Shown here one piece after another: positions 49,993 through 58,657 of a DNA stretch of 64,000 nt (positions are counted from its first letter, which is position 1; the number at the start of each line of letters is the position of its first letter). The translations under genes were made by a program, and so were the position numbers. Source of the DNA: Clostridia bacterium (lineage in GTDB: Bacteria > Bacillota > Clostridia > Christensenellales > CAAEEZ01); NCBI GenBank assembly GCA_900755035.1, contig CAAEEZ010000016.1:89058-153057 (forward strand), read 5' to 3'. The notes beneath the pieces are model-generated. The model saw only the letters and a list, made by a program, of their open reading frames with translations. It was not told the origin of the DNA and did no database searches.

Positions 49993-50012
49993 ATATTTGC
50001 TAATTATAATTA
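49993..50012. repeat. 20-nt direct repeat, copy 1 (contains the 12-bp palindrome TAATTATAATTA)
   Basis: ATATTTGCTAATTATAATTA is identical to 52276-52295, and both copies are preceded by GTAAT. Confidence 0.8.
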
Positions 50013-50528
50013 GAAAAAAATAAATAAAATTTTCAAGGAGCAGTTAAATAAACGAATAAAACAAGGGGATAGTGTCTTGGTTTAACGTGAATATAGGTAT
50101 GGTTTAGCGTAAAGTAATGAATAAATACACGAAAAGGTGTATATTAATTCTTTGCATTGAGAATATTATTAAACGTTTTCCAAACAACGTATCTAATATA
50201 GACGTTTGGCTGTGAAAAATGCTTAAAATATCCTAAAATCGTATAAAAGTGCATCAAAATTAGCAAAATTGCAGCAATTTTTAATATTTTATTGTATTGT
50301 GAAACAAATATATAAAAATATGCAAAAAAAGTATATAAATACAAAAATTTATTAAAAAACACGAATAATATTAGTATTTTTATTAAAAAATATGCATTTT
50401 TATTAAATATATGAATATTTGTTAATTTGTTAAACATTTTCCATAATTTTTTCAATGAGCAAAACAGCAAAAAATTAATAAAAATTTTCAAGGAGCAAAA
50501 TCGGTTATTTATTTTGCATACCAAAATA

Positions 50529-50609
50529 ATGTATAAAACATACGATAATATACATAAATACGGTAAAATATACATATATTATGTATAAAATAAGAAAATA
50601 TACATATAT
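50529..50609. repeat. Iteron-like cluster of the heptamer TATACAT/ATGTATA
   Basis: AAAATATACATATAT at 50565-50579 and 50595-50609 (30-bp spacing). AATATACATA also at 50547-50556. The inverted form ATGTATAAAA lies at 50529-50538 and 50581-50590. Confidence 0.6.
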
Positions 50610-50620
50610 AATGAATAGAT

Positions 50621-50636
50621 TGTTTAACGTGAAACG
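50621..50636. promoter_or_regulatory. parS-like site (14/16 match to TGTTNCACGTGAAACA)
   Basis: TGTTTAACGTGAAACG. Confidence 0.5.
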
Positions 50637-50653
50637 ATCGAGCGATGGGGCGT

Positions 50654-50669
50654 TGTTCCATGTGAAACA
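50654..50669. promoter_or_regulatory. parS site (15/16)
   Basis: TGTTCCATGTGAAACA. Confidence 0.7.
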
Positions 50670-50722
50670 TATGCTTTTTGATTATGAAAACAATTAATAG
50701 TAAGTTAGATAAAAGCTTATAT

Positions 50723-50738
50723 TGTTCCACGTGAAACA
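50723..50738. promoter_or_regulatory. parS site (perfect consensus)
   Basis: TGTTCCACGTGAAACA is a perfect 16-bp palindrome, identical to the Firmicutes Spo0J/ParB consensus. Confidence 0.85.
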
Positions 50739-50835
50739 ATTATATAAAATATATAAAAATTAAGATTAAATTAAATAAAATTATTAGTGAAAGATTGAAT
50801 AACCTATAATATAAATTTGAAAAAGAATAAAAATT

Positions 50836-50876
50836 TGTGGATAAGTTAATAATATTGTGGATAAAAATGTGGATAA
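50836..50876. promoter_or_regulatory. Cluster of three perfect, co-oriented DnaA boxes
   Basis: TGTGGATAA (complement of TTATCCACA) at 50836-50844, 50856-50864 and 50868-50876. Confidence 0.8.
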
Positions 50877-52275
50877 TAAGAAAATTGTAACATTGGGAAA
50901 ATAAAATTAAAGCTAAAAATAAGAATAAATACAAAAAATAATACACACGAATAATAAGACCAAAGGAATAAAATAATAAAATATTGCGTGTTTGGTAGAA
51001 CGTATGTGAAAAAGTACAAAAAGTATTATAATTGTAAATAAATCAAGGAATTTTGTAATGCAAATATATTTTGATACGGTTTGGTAATAAGTTTGAAATT
51101 ATAAATACGTTTACGTCTTGTTTCTTCCAGAAAGAGAAGCAAAATACTTAATCGTTTGTAATTAGATGTTTAATTTTATAAATATATGTAGTTAATTGTA
51201 AAATAAAGCATATTAGTGAAGGAAAATACGTATAAAGTGTGTAAGTAATATCAAAATGCAGATGTTCAAATAACATAGAAACGTTTATAAAAAAGTAAAT
51301 ATGTTCTGTTGGTCAATGCAAAGATAAGAACGTACAGCGGTCGAAGAATAGTTATAAGAAAATTAAAAGGGTGTATATTTATGCTATATGGTGCTTTATT
51401 GTATATATAAATGGCGTAAATATGCAAAAGGAGGTATATATATTCAATACGGAAGGTGCTTCGGGTAGTAGTTACGTTGCGACCAAAAGACCTAATAGAT
51501 ATCGAAGAACCAAAGTTAATTATATGTTGATATATAAAATGATTTGTTCTGGTGGAATAGTGTTTAGATTAGTATAGGATAAGCTTATTAAAAGGCTGGG
51601 TAATAAACTTTACAAATTTTTGCAGTTTGTTTGTATTTTATTAGATTTTTAGTATATTCGCTATAATAACGTCAAAAAGGTATAAATATATTTATTAGGC
51701 ATCATAAAATATTTCAATTTATATATTTAACTATATATAATAACCAAAAAATAACAAAAATGAATAATTTTATCCTGTTCGAGTATAAAAAATCACGTAG
51801 TTGAAGATTTTTAAGTTACAAATTTTAGAATTTTTAATTTTAAGATTATATTTTTATTAAATAATTTACTTTTACATTGGAAAAAAATTAGTAAATTGTA
51901 TCATTAAGGAATAATTGGTATTTTTTATAATAATATATAGTTTTTTTAATAATTTGATGCCTAAATTATAAATTTTATTTAGTAATTTAATAAAATAATT
52001 AGTAAAATTTTATCCAAAAATATGGATATCTAAATTAAAATGAATTATTTAGAATTTATTTATAAATTATTAAAGATTTTATATTTAATATCTAAAAAAT
52101 TGATTATAAAAATAAATATAATTGAAAGATTTAATTGGTTAGATTTTCTTTATATATTAGTGATTTTTATTTTTTTGATATCCAAAGTTATTATATAAAG
52201 AATTTTTTAATCGCTAGTTTTATTCCTGTTTTTATTGCAACGTATAGCATCTTAATTATATATATGCAAATTGTA

Positions 52276-52295
52276 ATATTTGCTAATTATAATTA
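52276..52295. repeat. 20-nt direct repeat, copy 2
   Basis: ATATTTGCTAATTATAATTA is identical to 49993-50012, 2283 bp away. Confidence 0.8.
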
Positions 52296-52444
52296 TCAAA
52301 AATGAATATATATAAATATTTCCTTAAATATTTTAATTAAAAATGTATAAATATGCAATATTATTTATATTATAAAAAATAATAAATTTGTTATTTAATG
52401 AAATTTTTTTGTATATTTGGGGCTTATCTAAAGATAAAAAGTAG

Positions 52445-52472
52445 TTGACAATAACGATAATTGGGGTATAAT
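52445..52472 (+). promoter_or_regulatory. Full-consensus sigma-70 promoter driving the zeta-like gene through a ~235-nt AT-rich leader
   Basis: TTGACA (52445-52450), 16 nt spacer, TATAAT (52467-52472). Confidence 0.6.
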
Positions 52473-52718
52473 AAAGGTAGGTAGTAGTTCGATTGAACGT
52501 TTTACCGTTTGTATATTTTTAGATTTATTTATAAAGTTTTTGTTAAAAATTCATATTGCAAAGAAGAAGTTGATTTTAGTTTTTGTATTTATTTTAAGTT
52601 TTGATTAGGTTTATTGATTTTATTTTAATTTAATTTTTTATTTATTTCCAAATAATCGTTTGTAATTTGTGTAGCATATTTCAAAATTTTATAATTTTTA
52701 TTTTTAAGGAGTTACATT

Positions 52719-53894
52719 ATGGCATTGTTTGACAAATCTTATTTAGACAAAGAAAGGGACGTTGTGGTATTTGAAGTAGATAAGGAAAAACTTGAAGACG
52801 TAAGCGAAGAGAGTTACAAAGACGGCATTGTAGGGGCTCTGATTGGCGACCTTATAGATAAGTTCCCAAATAAAGAGGGCGAACTTTTAGACGTTGTTAG
52901 CAATATGAATAAACGTAAATACGACGACCCTAAGGACGCAGAAAATACCTTAATCCTAAAAGGTATCAATCATTTTGCAGAACAATTATTTATGGCGCTG
53001 AAAGATAATAAAGTAACAAGCGCATATACGATGGACGAATTTGAAACTACGAAGCAAGCACTATTAAATAAGGCAATAGACGATGATAACGTGCACGAAG
53101 TGGAAAATCCAAAGTTGGTGTTTGTTGGTGGACAAATGGGGGTTGAAAAGGAATATGCGATAAAAAAGATATTTGACACCCTTAACGGAAACGCAATCTT
53201 GGTGGATAAAAACGAATATATTAAATATCACCCGAATTATGAATATTTTGATGATAATGCAGACTTTTGGGATATTGTTGACGAGGATTGGGCTTGCGAA
53301 TTGGAGATTGCCATAAACGACGTGCTGTCGAAAAAGAAATATAACGTAGTTATTGTAGATGCATTAAGTAATTTTTGCAAAAATCAAAGAATTATAGACC
53401 AATACGGAACGGGTTTTGAGATATTGGTATTCGTAGATGCAATAAAACCAGATATCTCAAAGATAAATTTAATATCAAAATACGCTGAAAACAAGCAAAA
53501 AGGAAGGCCTGCTAGAAATTACTCGCTAGATATGCACGATTTCGAAGTGGCGTCGTTACCGTACTCGATAGGGCTACTTGCTAAGTCCAAAGAAGTGAGC
53601 AATGTGTTTATTATCAATAGCCAATTAGAAACAATATATGAAAAAGCGGTGGGTGGCAGTAATGCCGAAAAATTCTTAAAAAAAGTGTTTCACGAGCCTT
53701 TAACCGAGCAGGAAATAGAAAAATTAAAAACGACGTGTATGAACAGTATACTACCTTACCTTCCGGTTTGCAACAAAACCTATCCGCACTTAAACTTTGT
53801 GAGCGAGTTGTATAGAAAGTTTATAGAGATAGAAAAGAGAGGGAAAAAATTGAGCAAAAAGAATAGACGTAACGCTTATCGTGTTAAGAAATAA
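52719..53894 (+). CDS. Zeta-toxin-fold (P-loop kinase-like) protein with degenerate catalytic motifs and a ~130-aa N-terminal extension
   Basis: 391 aa, with AAGGAG 7 nt before the ATG. Residues ~130-310 align by eye with zeta/PezT: GGQMGVEKE vs GGQPGSGKT; GNAILVDKNEYIKYHPNY vs GNVIVIDNDTFKQQHPNF; KYNVVIVDALS vs GYNLVIEGTGR; GFEILVFVDAIKP vs GYETKMYVMAVP. Confidence 0.65.
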   Translation: MALFDKSYLDKERDVVVFEVDKEKLEDVSEESYKDGIVGALIGDLIDKFPNKEGELLDVVSNMNKRKYDDPKDAENTLILKGINHFAEQLFMALKDNKVTSAYTMDEFETTKQALLNKAIDDDNVHEVENPKLVFVGGQMGVEKEYAIKKIFDTLNGNAILVDKNEYIKYHPNYEYFDDNADFWDIVDEDWACELEIAINDVLSKKKYNVVIVDALSNFCKNQRIIDQYGTGFEILVFVDAIKPDISKINLISKYAENKQKGRPARNYSLDMHDFEVASLPYSIGLLAKSKEVSNVFIINSQLETIYEKAVGGSNAEKFLKKVFHEPLTEQEIEKLKTTCMNSILPYLPVCNKTYPHLNFVSELYRKFIEIEKRGKKLSKKNRRNAYRVKK

Positions 53895-53965
53895 AAATTT
53901 AGTAAAAGCAGATAAAAATGTAACGCAACTATATCAAGAAATAAAAGGAAGAGAGGTAAAAGGGT

Positions 53966-54361
53966 ATGATTATAATAGAAGAACATTACGCACAAGGGGA
54001 CGGACCAACAGTACAAGAGTTAAGAGCAATGGAAAGAGCAGAGAGAATGAAAACAGAACCCGAGAACGTAGTGATTTTGGGCAAGTGGGGAACGCAAGCA
54101 CTAGAAATGATGGAAGATAGCAACAACGAACTGTATACGAAACTAAAACAAGAGATGAAGTTAGTGCCGTTCCTATTAGACCTGAATGAAACATGCTTGC
54201 AGCAATACAGGAAGATGAAAGAGAAAATGTGGCCAAAAGCGACGGGCGACTTTTTGACGGATTGGCAGAACAGAGAGGCAATGGTGAGAACGATAGACGA
54301 GATACTACTGAACGATATAATAATACCACAAGTGATGCAAGGCAAAGAATTGGATTATTAA
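53966..54361 (+). CDS. TnpV-like small protein (mobile-element-associated family)
   Basis: 131 aa, with GAGAGG/AAAGGG before the ATG. The pattern ILGKWGTQALEMMEDSNNELYTKLKQEMKLVPFLLDLNETCLQQY... resembles the LGKYGxxALxYLKExxPxxYxxLxxxGxLxxxLxEvD core of clostridial TnpV proteins as I recall them. Confidence 0.5.
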   Translation: MIIIEEHYAQGDGPTVQELRAMERAERMKTEPENVVILGKWGTQALEMMEDSNNELYTKLKQEMKLVPFLLDLNETCLQQYRKMKEKMWPKATGDFLTDWQNREAMVRTIDEILLNDIIIPQVMQGKELDY

Positions 54362-54746
54362 GCGTTTTTGAAACGATACAAAATTTTATAAAATAGGCAT
54401 TTATGTGGAAGTTAAATATAAATAAGCGTAAATAATAAGCGAATAAAATTACGTATATTATTATATAATTAGACATTGCCGATAAAAATTGAAATATTAG
54501 TAAATAGTAGGGTTTTAGTGCGATTTATTTTTAATTAACACTTGCCGATATGAAGAATATGCAATTAAAACGCCCGTTTATTTAACTGTGAAACGATACG
54601 AAAATTGCAAATATCGTTTATGAATTAAATGAAGAATAGAACGCTAAAATTGTGAAACGGACAGAAGAAAGGTCTAAGAAAAATAGCAAAAGAAGGCGAA
54701 AATTAGCAAAAAAATAGACGCTACTGGCAATTACGCTTTATTTTGT

Positions 54747-54775
54747 TTGACAGAGACCTTTCTTTCATATATAAT
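54747..54775 (+). promoter_or_regulatory. Full-consensus sigma-70 promoter of the rpmH-rnpA operon
   Basis: TTGACA (54747-54752), 17 nt spacer, TATAAT (54770-54775). Confidence 0.65.
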
Positions 54776-54819
54776 TTAATGGTTATATTAAAATACAATA
54801 CAAGCGGAGGGCTTAATAA

Positions 54820-54954
54820 ATGAAAAGAACTTATCAACCAAAGAAAAGACAAAGAAACAAGGTACACGGATTTAGAAAGAGAATGAGCAGTAAAGCTGGC
54901 AGAAACGTAATTGCTAGAAGAAGAAAAAGAGGTAGAAAAGCACTTAGTGCCTAA
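54820..54954 (+). CDS. rpmH: 50S ribosomal protein L34
   Basis: Not in the ORF track because it is under 60 aa. Translation [50 protein letters not shown] lies before the ATG. Confidence 0.95.
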   Translation: MKRTYQPKKRQRNKVHGFRKRMSSKAGRNVIARRRKRGRKALSA

Positions 54955-54965
54955 CCGATGGATAT

Positions 54966-55304
54966 ATGCAAAAACAATATAGATTAAAAAAGAACGCTTC
55001 GTTTAACTACATATATCGTAACGGCAAAAGCGTATCGAATAAATATATGGTTCTTGTGTATGTAAAATCCTATCAATCGGTAAAGGTAGGCTTTTCGGTA
55101 AGTAAAAAAGTAGGGAATAGCGTGGTAAGAAACCACGTGAAAAGATTGATGAGAGAGAGCGTAAGAGGGTATATTCAAAATATGGACAAGCATACTCATT
55201 ACGTTTTCGTTGCAAGACCGCAGGTAGTAAACCTGACGTTTAGTCAATACCAAGAAAAAATAAAAGAACTGCTTACCAAGGCCTCGCTATACGTGGAACA
55301 ATGA
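54966..55304 (+). CDS. rnpA: Ribonuclease P protein component
   Basis: 112 aa, basic. Motifs [16 protein letters not shown]...[22 protein letters not shown]. Confidence 0.93.
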   Translation: MQKQYRLKKNASFNYIYRNGKSVSNKYMVLVYVKSYQSVKVGFSVSKKVGNSVVRNHVKRLMRESVRGYIQNMDKHTHYVFVARPQVVNLTFSQYQEKIKELLTKASLYVEQ

Positions 55305-55543
55305 AAAAGCTGTTGATTTTTTTAGTAAGAGGTTACCAAAGATATTTTTCGCCGTTACTTGGCAAAAACTGCGTGTATACTCCCACTTGCTCGACTTATA
55401 TGATAGAAGCAATCGAGAAAAGGGGGGTATTTACGGGCACGGCAATGGGATTGTGGCGAATACTTAGGTGTAATCCCTTTTCTAAGGGCGGCTTTGACCC
55501 CGTAAAAGATAACTTGAAAGGAAAAGCAAAATGGTTAATTTGA
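55301..55543 (+). CDS. yidD: Membrane protein insertion efficiency factor YidD
   Basis: 80 aa. Motif [31 protein letters not shown]...RILRCNPF. The ATGA overlaps the rnpA stop. Confidence 0.92.
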   Translation: MKKLLIFLVRGYQRYFSPLLGKNCVYTPTCSTYMIEAIEKRGVFTGTAMGLWRILRCNPFSKGGFDPVKDNLKGKAKWLI

Positions 55544-56559
55544 CAAACTTTTTTATGATGGCGCAAACGGGCAACTTTATAGGCGACTGGCTATACGACC
55601 TAGGTAGCGTTATCGGTAATTTTGGTTGGACGGTAGTAGTGTTCACTATTATTCTAAAACTCGTTACTTCCCCTTTTGATATTTGGCAAAAGGTTGTAAT
55701 GAGAAAGAATAACAACGCTATGAAAAGAATGCAACCACAACTGGAAAAATTGCAAAAGCAATACGCTAATAACCAACAACTACTAGCAGAAAAGCAAATG
55801 CAACTTTACAAAAAAGAGCATTTTTCCACTTTTGGCGCATGCTTGCCTATGATACTAACGATGGTTATATTCTTCGTCGTTTTTGCAGGCTTTAACGCAA
55901 CCGTTCAATACCAAAACAAAGAGGTATTTTTAGAACTTCAAGCCACTTACACCGAGGCAGAAGCAGCGGCAAAGGCAGACGTTACGCTTACGACTGACGA
56001 AGCGAAACAAAAATATATTAACGAAAAGGTATTAGAAAAATACGAAAAAGATATTAGGGCAAAACAAGGTTTCTTGTGGATTGAGAATATCTTTATGCCA
56101 GATACCTGGTCTAAACCAATTCCGGATTGGGGCACGTTCGTTGGTACGGGTATGGGTAAACTAAACATACAGATATCAGGGCTAGAATCTGGCGAATATC
56201 AAAAGGTAATGAGCCCGATAATTGCTAAGTACAACAACCGTTGGAACGGATATTTAGTGTTGCCTATTCTTGCATTCGTATTAAACATAGTTACGAGCAA
56301 AATGATGCAAAATGCAAACGGTCAAATGCCGGCAGGTAGCGAAGAAATGCAAAAAGCAAACAAAATGAATATGAAAATTATGCAATGGGTAATGCCTATC
56401 ATGATGCTAGTATTTGCTTTGCTATATAGTTCGGCGTTCACCTTGTATATGTTCGTATCGGCGCTTGTTACTTCGTTATTCCAACTAATTACGAATTTAA
56501 TATTTAAGATAATAGACAAAAAAGCCGAGGAAAAGAAACTTTCCACGACGTACAAATAA
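55531..56559 (+). CDS. yidC: Membrane protein insertase YidC/Oxa1 family
   Basis: 342 aa. Motifs [23 protein letters not shown], ...[12 protein letters not shown] and [13 protein letters not shown]. No N-terminal lipobox is visible. Confidence 0.9.
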   Translation: MVNLTNFFMMAQTGNFIGDWLYDLGSVIGNFGWTVVVFTIILKLVTSPFDIWQKVVMRKNNNAMKRMQPQLEKLQKQYANNQQLLAEKQMQLYKKEHFSTFGACLPMILTMVIFFVVFAGFNATVQYQNKEVFLELQATYTEAEAAAKADVTLTTDEAKQKYINEKVLEKYEKDIRAKQGFLWIENIFMPDTWSKPIPDWGTFVGTGMGKLNIQISGLESGEYQKVMSPIIAKYNNRWNGYLVLPILAFVLNIVTSKMMQNANGQMPAGSEEMQKANKMNMKIMQWVMPIMMLVFALLYSSAFTLYMFVSALVTSLFQLITNLIFKIIDKKAEEKKLSTTYK

Positions 56560-56568
56560 GGAGAGATA

Positions 56569-57279
56569 ATGGCAAAAGCGATAGAGATAGAAGCATCTAC
56601 CGTAGACGAGGCTACTAAGCAAGGACTAGAAGAATTGCAAGTAGGAATAGACGACGTTATGGTAGAAGTTCTAAAAGAAGGCGGATTGTTCAGCAAAGCA
56701 AGGGTAAGGCTTACGGTAAACAGCACAACCGAAACGGTGGAAGTTTTCGTAAATACCTTGCTTGAAAAAATGGGCATAGACGCTACTTGTAAGGCAGAAA
56801 AGTTAGAAGATAAAATAAGCGTTAAAATCACGGGAAAAGACAGCGCAAAGGCAATAGGATATCGTGGTGAGGCGCTAGACGCTATACAATATCTTGCCGT
56901 AATAGAGGCAAATAAAAATAGCGAAAAAGATTACGTAAAAGTAGTGGTAGACGCTGAAAATTACCGTGAAAAACGTAACGTAACTTTAAGTAGCCTTGCT
57001 AAAAAACTTGCCTACAAGGCATACAAAACGAGCAAAAAGGTAGAACTTGAACCTATGAATCCGTTTGAAAGAAGGATTATCCACACGGCACTACAAAACA
57101 ATCAATACGTAGAGACCGTAAGCGAGGGCGAAGGCATTGATAGGCACGTAGTAATACTACCTAAAAAGAAAACCGATGACAACGTAAGTTTGGATATTTT
57201 GGGGGCAAGCAACAGCAATTTCAAAAAGAATGGACCGAAAAAAATGAGAAGTTTCGGATATTCTAGAAGCAGGTTTTAG
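56569..57279 (+). CDS. jag: RNA-binding protein Jag/KhpB (Jag_N, KH, R3H domains)
   Basis: 236 aa. N-terminal AKAIEIEASTVDEATKQGLEEL, a KH-like GYRGEALDAIQYL and R3H ELEPMNPFERRIIHTAL. Confidence 0.9.
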   Translation: MAKAIEIEASTVDEATKQGLEELQVGIDDVMVEVLKEGGLFSKARVRLTVNSTTETVEVFVNTLLEKMGIDATCKAEKLEDKISVKITGKDSAKAIGYRGEALDAIQYLAVIEANKNSEKDYVKVVVDAENYREKRNVTLSSLAKKLAYKAYKTSKKVELEPMNPFERRIIHTALQNNQYVETVSEGEGIDRHVVILPKKKTDDNVSLDILGASNSNFKKNGPKKMRSFGYSRSRF

Positions 57280-57284
57280 AGCGA

Positions 57285-57323
57285 AAAGGAAAATTCCGAA
57301 AGGGTTTTCCTTTATTTATTTTT
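57285..57323 (+). terminator. Strong intrinsic terminator between jag and mnmE
   Basis: AAAGGAAAA-T-TCC-GAAA-GGG-TTTTCCTTT is a nearly continuous stem with a GNRA loop, followed by ATTTATTTTT. It ends at the base before the mnmE ATG. Confidence 0.65.
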
Positions 57324-58655
57324 ATGGACACGATTGTAGCGATAAGTACACCGCTTGGAAGCGGAGGAATAGGCGTAATAAGAATGAGCGGAAAAGAGGC
57401 GAAAGAAATTGCCTCTAAGGTTTTTGCAACAAAAAAACTGAAAAGTTTTATGGACGCAGAGCCAAATTATATGTATCTTGGCAATATCGACGAAGAAAAC
57501 GTAAAAGAAAAATGCTTTGCCGTATATTTTAAGTCGCCAAATTCCTATACGGGCGAGGACGTAGTGGAGTTTCAATGCCACGGCGGAGTTGCTCTTGTGA
57601 ATAAAGTAGTGGACCTACTACTTGAAAAAGGCGCAAAACTTGCCGATAGGGGCGAGTTTACTAGGCGTGCGTTCATTAACGGAAAGATGGCGCTTGCCGA
57701 TTGCGAAGGCGTAATAGAAATGATAAACGCCGATAGCGACGCTAGCCTAAATGCAGGGTATAGACTAATGGAAGGCAAACTTTCAAAACAAATAGTGGCT
57801 TTGCAGGATGAAATAACCGACCTACTTGCTCGTGGTGAAGCAAGCCTTGATTACCCTGAGGAATTAGAAGAAGAAGTGGACGAATATACAAGGGAAAAAA
57901 TGAAAAGCGTAAAAGCGGAAATAGAAAGCCTTGTAGATAGTTATACTTACGGCAGAATCGTAAAAGAAGGCGTTAAGGTGGCACTAGTTGGCAAAACTAA
58001 CGTTGGCAAAAGTTCTATGCTGAACGCTTTTTTAGGCAAGGAACGTGCAATCGTTACGGATATTGCGGGCACGACTAGGGACGTAATAGAAGAGAGCGTA
58101 GAAGTTGGCGGAATAAAAATCACCTTTACAGATACGGCTGGTATTCGTGAAAGCGACGACGTAGTGGAAAAGGTGGGCATAGAAAAGGCAAAAAGCGAAC
58201 TGAAATCTAGCGACATCGTCTTGTACGTGGTGGACGTAGAAGATAAGGAAAAAGACGAAGAATTTGAAAAACTACTTGAAGGCAAAAAAGTTATAAGAGT
58301 AGTAAATAAAATAGACAAGGTAGAAGATAGCAAAGACTTTGAGGACGGCGTAATTCCCGTATCTTGCAAAACGGGCGAGAACGTAAAAAAAGTTTTGGAC
58401 GAAATAGTAAACGCCGTAAGCGAAGGCAAGGTAACTAGTGGTGGCGAAACCGTAGTATTAAAAAGGCATTACCAAGCGATTGTAGAAGCGAAAAAGAGCA
58501 TAGACGAAGTATATTACAACTATGATATGATGGATAATTGCCTAAGACTTATGGAACTTAAAAACGCTTGGAACAAGCTGGGTGAAGTAACGGGAACGAC
58601 TGCAACGGAAGATATAATAGACGCAATTTTTTCAAAGTTTTGTTTGGGTAAATAG
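57324..58655 (+). CDS. mnmE: tRNA modification GTPase MnmE (TrmE)
   Basis: 443 aa. N-terminal MDTIVAISTPLGSGGIGVIRMSG, G1 GKTNVGKSS, DTAGIRE and the C-terminal FCLGK. Confidence 0.96.
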   Translation: MDTIVAISTPLGSGGIGVIRMSGKEAKEIASKVFATKKLKSFMDAEPNYMYLGNIDEENVKEKCFAVYFKSPNSYTGEDVVEFQCHGGVALVNKVVDLLLEKGAKLADRGEFTRRAFINGKMALADCEGVIEMINADSDASLNAGYRLMEGKLSKQIVALQDEITDLLARGEASLDYPEELEEEVDEYTREKMKSVKAEIESLVDSYTYGRIVKEGVKVALVGKTNVGKSSMLNAFLGKERAIVTDIAGTTRDVIEESVEVGGIKITFTDTAGIRESDDVVEKVGIEKAKSELKSSDIVLYVVDVEDKEKDEEFEKLLEGKKVIRVVNKIDKVEDSKDFEDGVIPVSCKTGENVKKVLDEIVNAVSEGKVTSGGETVVLKRHYQAIVEAKKSIDEVYYNYDMMDNCLRLMELKNAWNKLGEVTGTTATEDIIDAIFSKFCLGK

Positions 58656-58657
58656 AT

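Noticed and set aside
50088-50125. Additional parS-like sequences GGTTTAACGTGAATAT and GGTTTAGCGTAAAG
   Set aside because: They give only about 11/16 or fewer matches to the parS consensus. They were noted as a tandem GGTTTARCGT motif but are too degenerate to call.
50144-50946. Three minus-strand track ORFs (143, 76 and 68 aa) inside the AT-rich tract
   Set aside because: Their translations are I/L/F/Y/N/K low-complexity strings typical of AT-rich non-coding DNA. They have no RBS, and they overlap the parS sites and the iteron-like repeats.
51371-51577. 68-aa plus-strand ORF (internal MQKEVYIFNTEGASG...) in the slightly less AT-rich island
   Set aside because: No usable RBS precedes either Met (the AAGGAGG lies inside the ORF) and I recognise no family. 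It is kept only as a possible gene remnant or sRNA region within the AT-tract finding.
50520-52440. CRISPR array among the short AT-rich repeats
   Set aside because: The repeats are irregular in length and spacing, there is no repeat-spacer periodicity, and the window contains no cas genes.
52483-52718. Epsilon-type antitoxin ORF upstream of the zeta-like gene
   Set aside because: No ORF with a start codon and RBS exists in the 235-nt leader. An RNA antitoxin cannot be judged from sequence alone.
53881-54476. 79-aa plus-strand ORF (53881-54120) and antisense ORFs (53970-54476, 53986-54345, 54193-54396) overlapping the TnpV-like gene
   Set aside because: They sit in alternative frames of a region already covered by a better-supported ORF with an RBS. 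Their products are Arg/Ser-rich or low-complexity.
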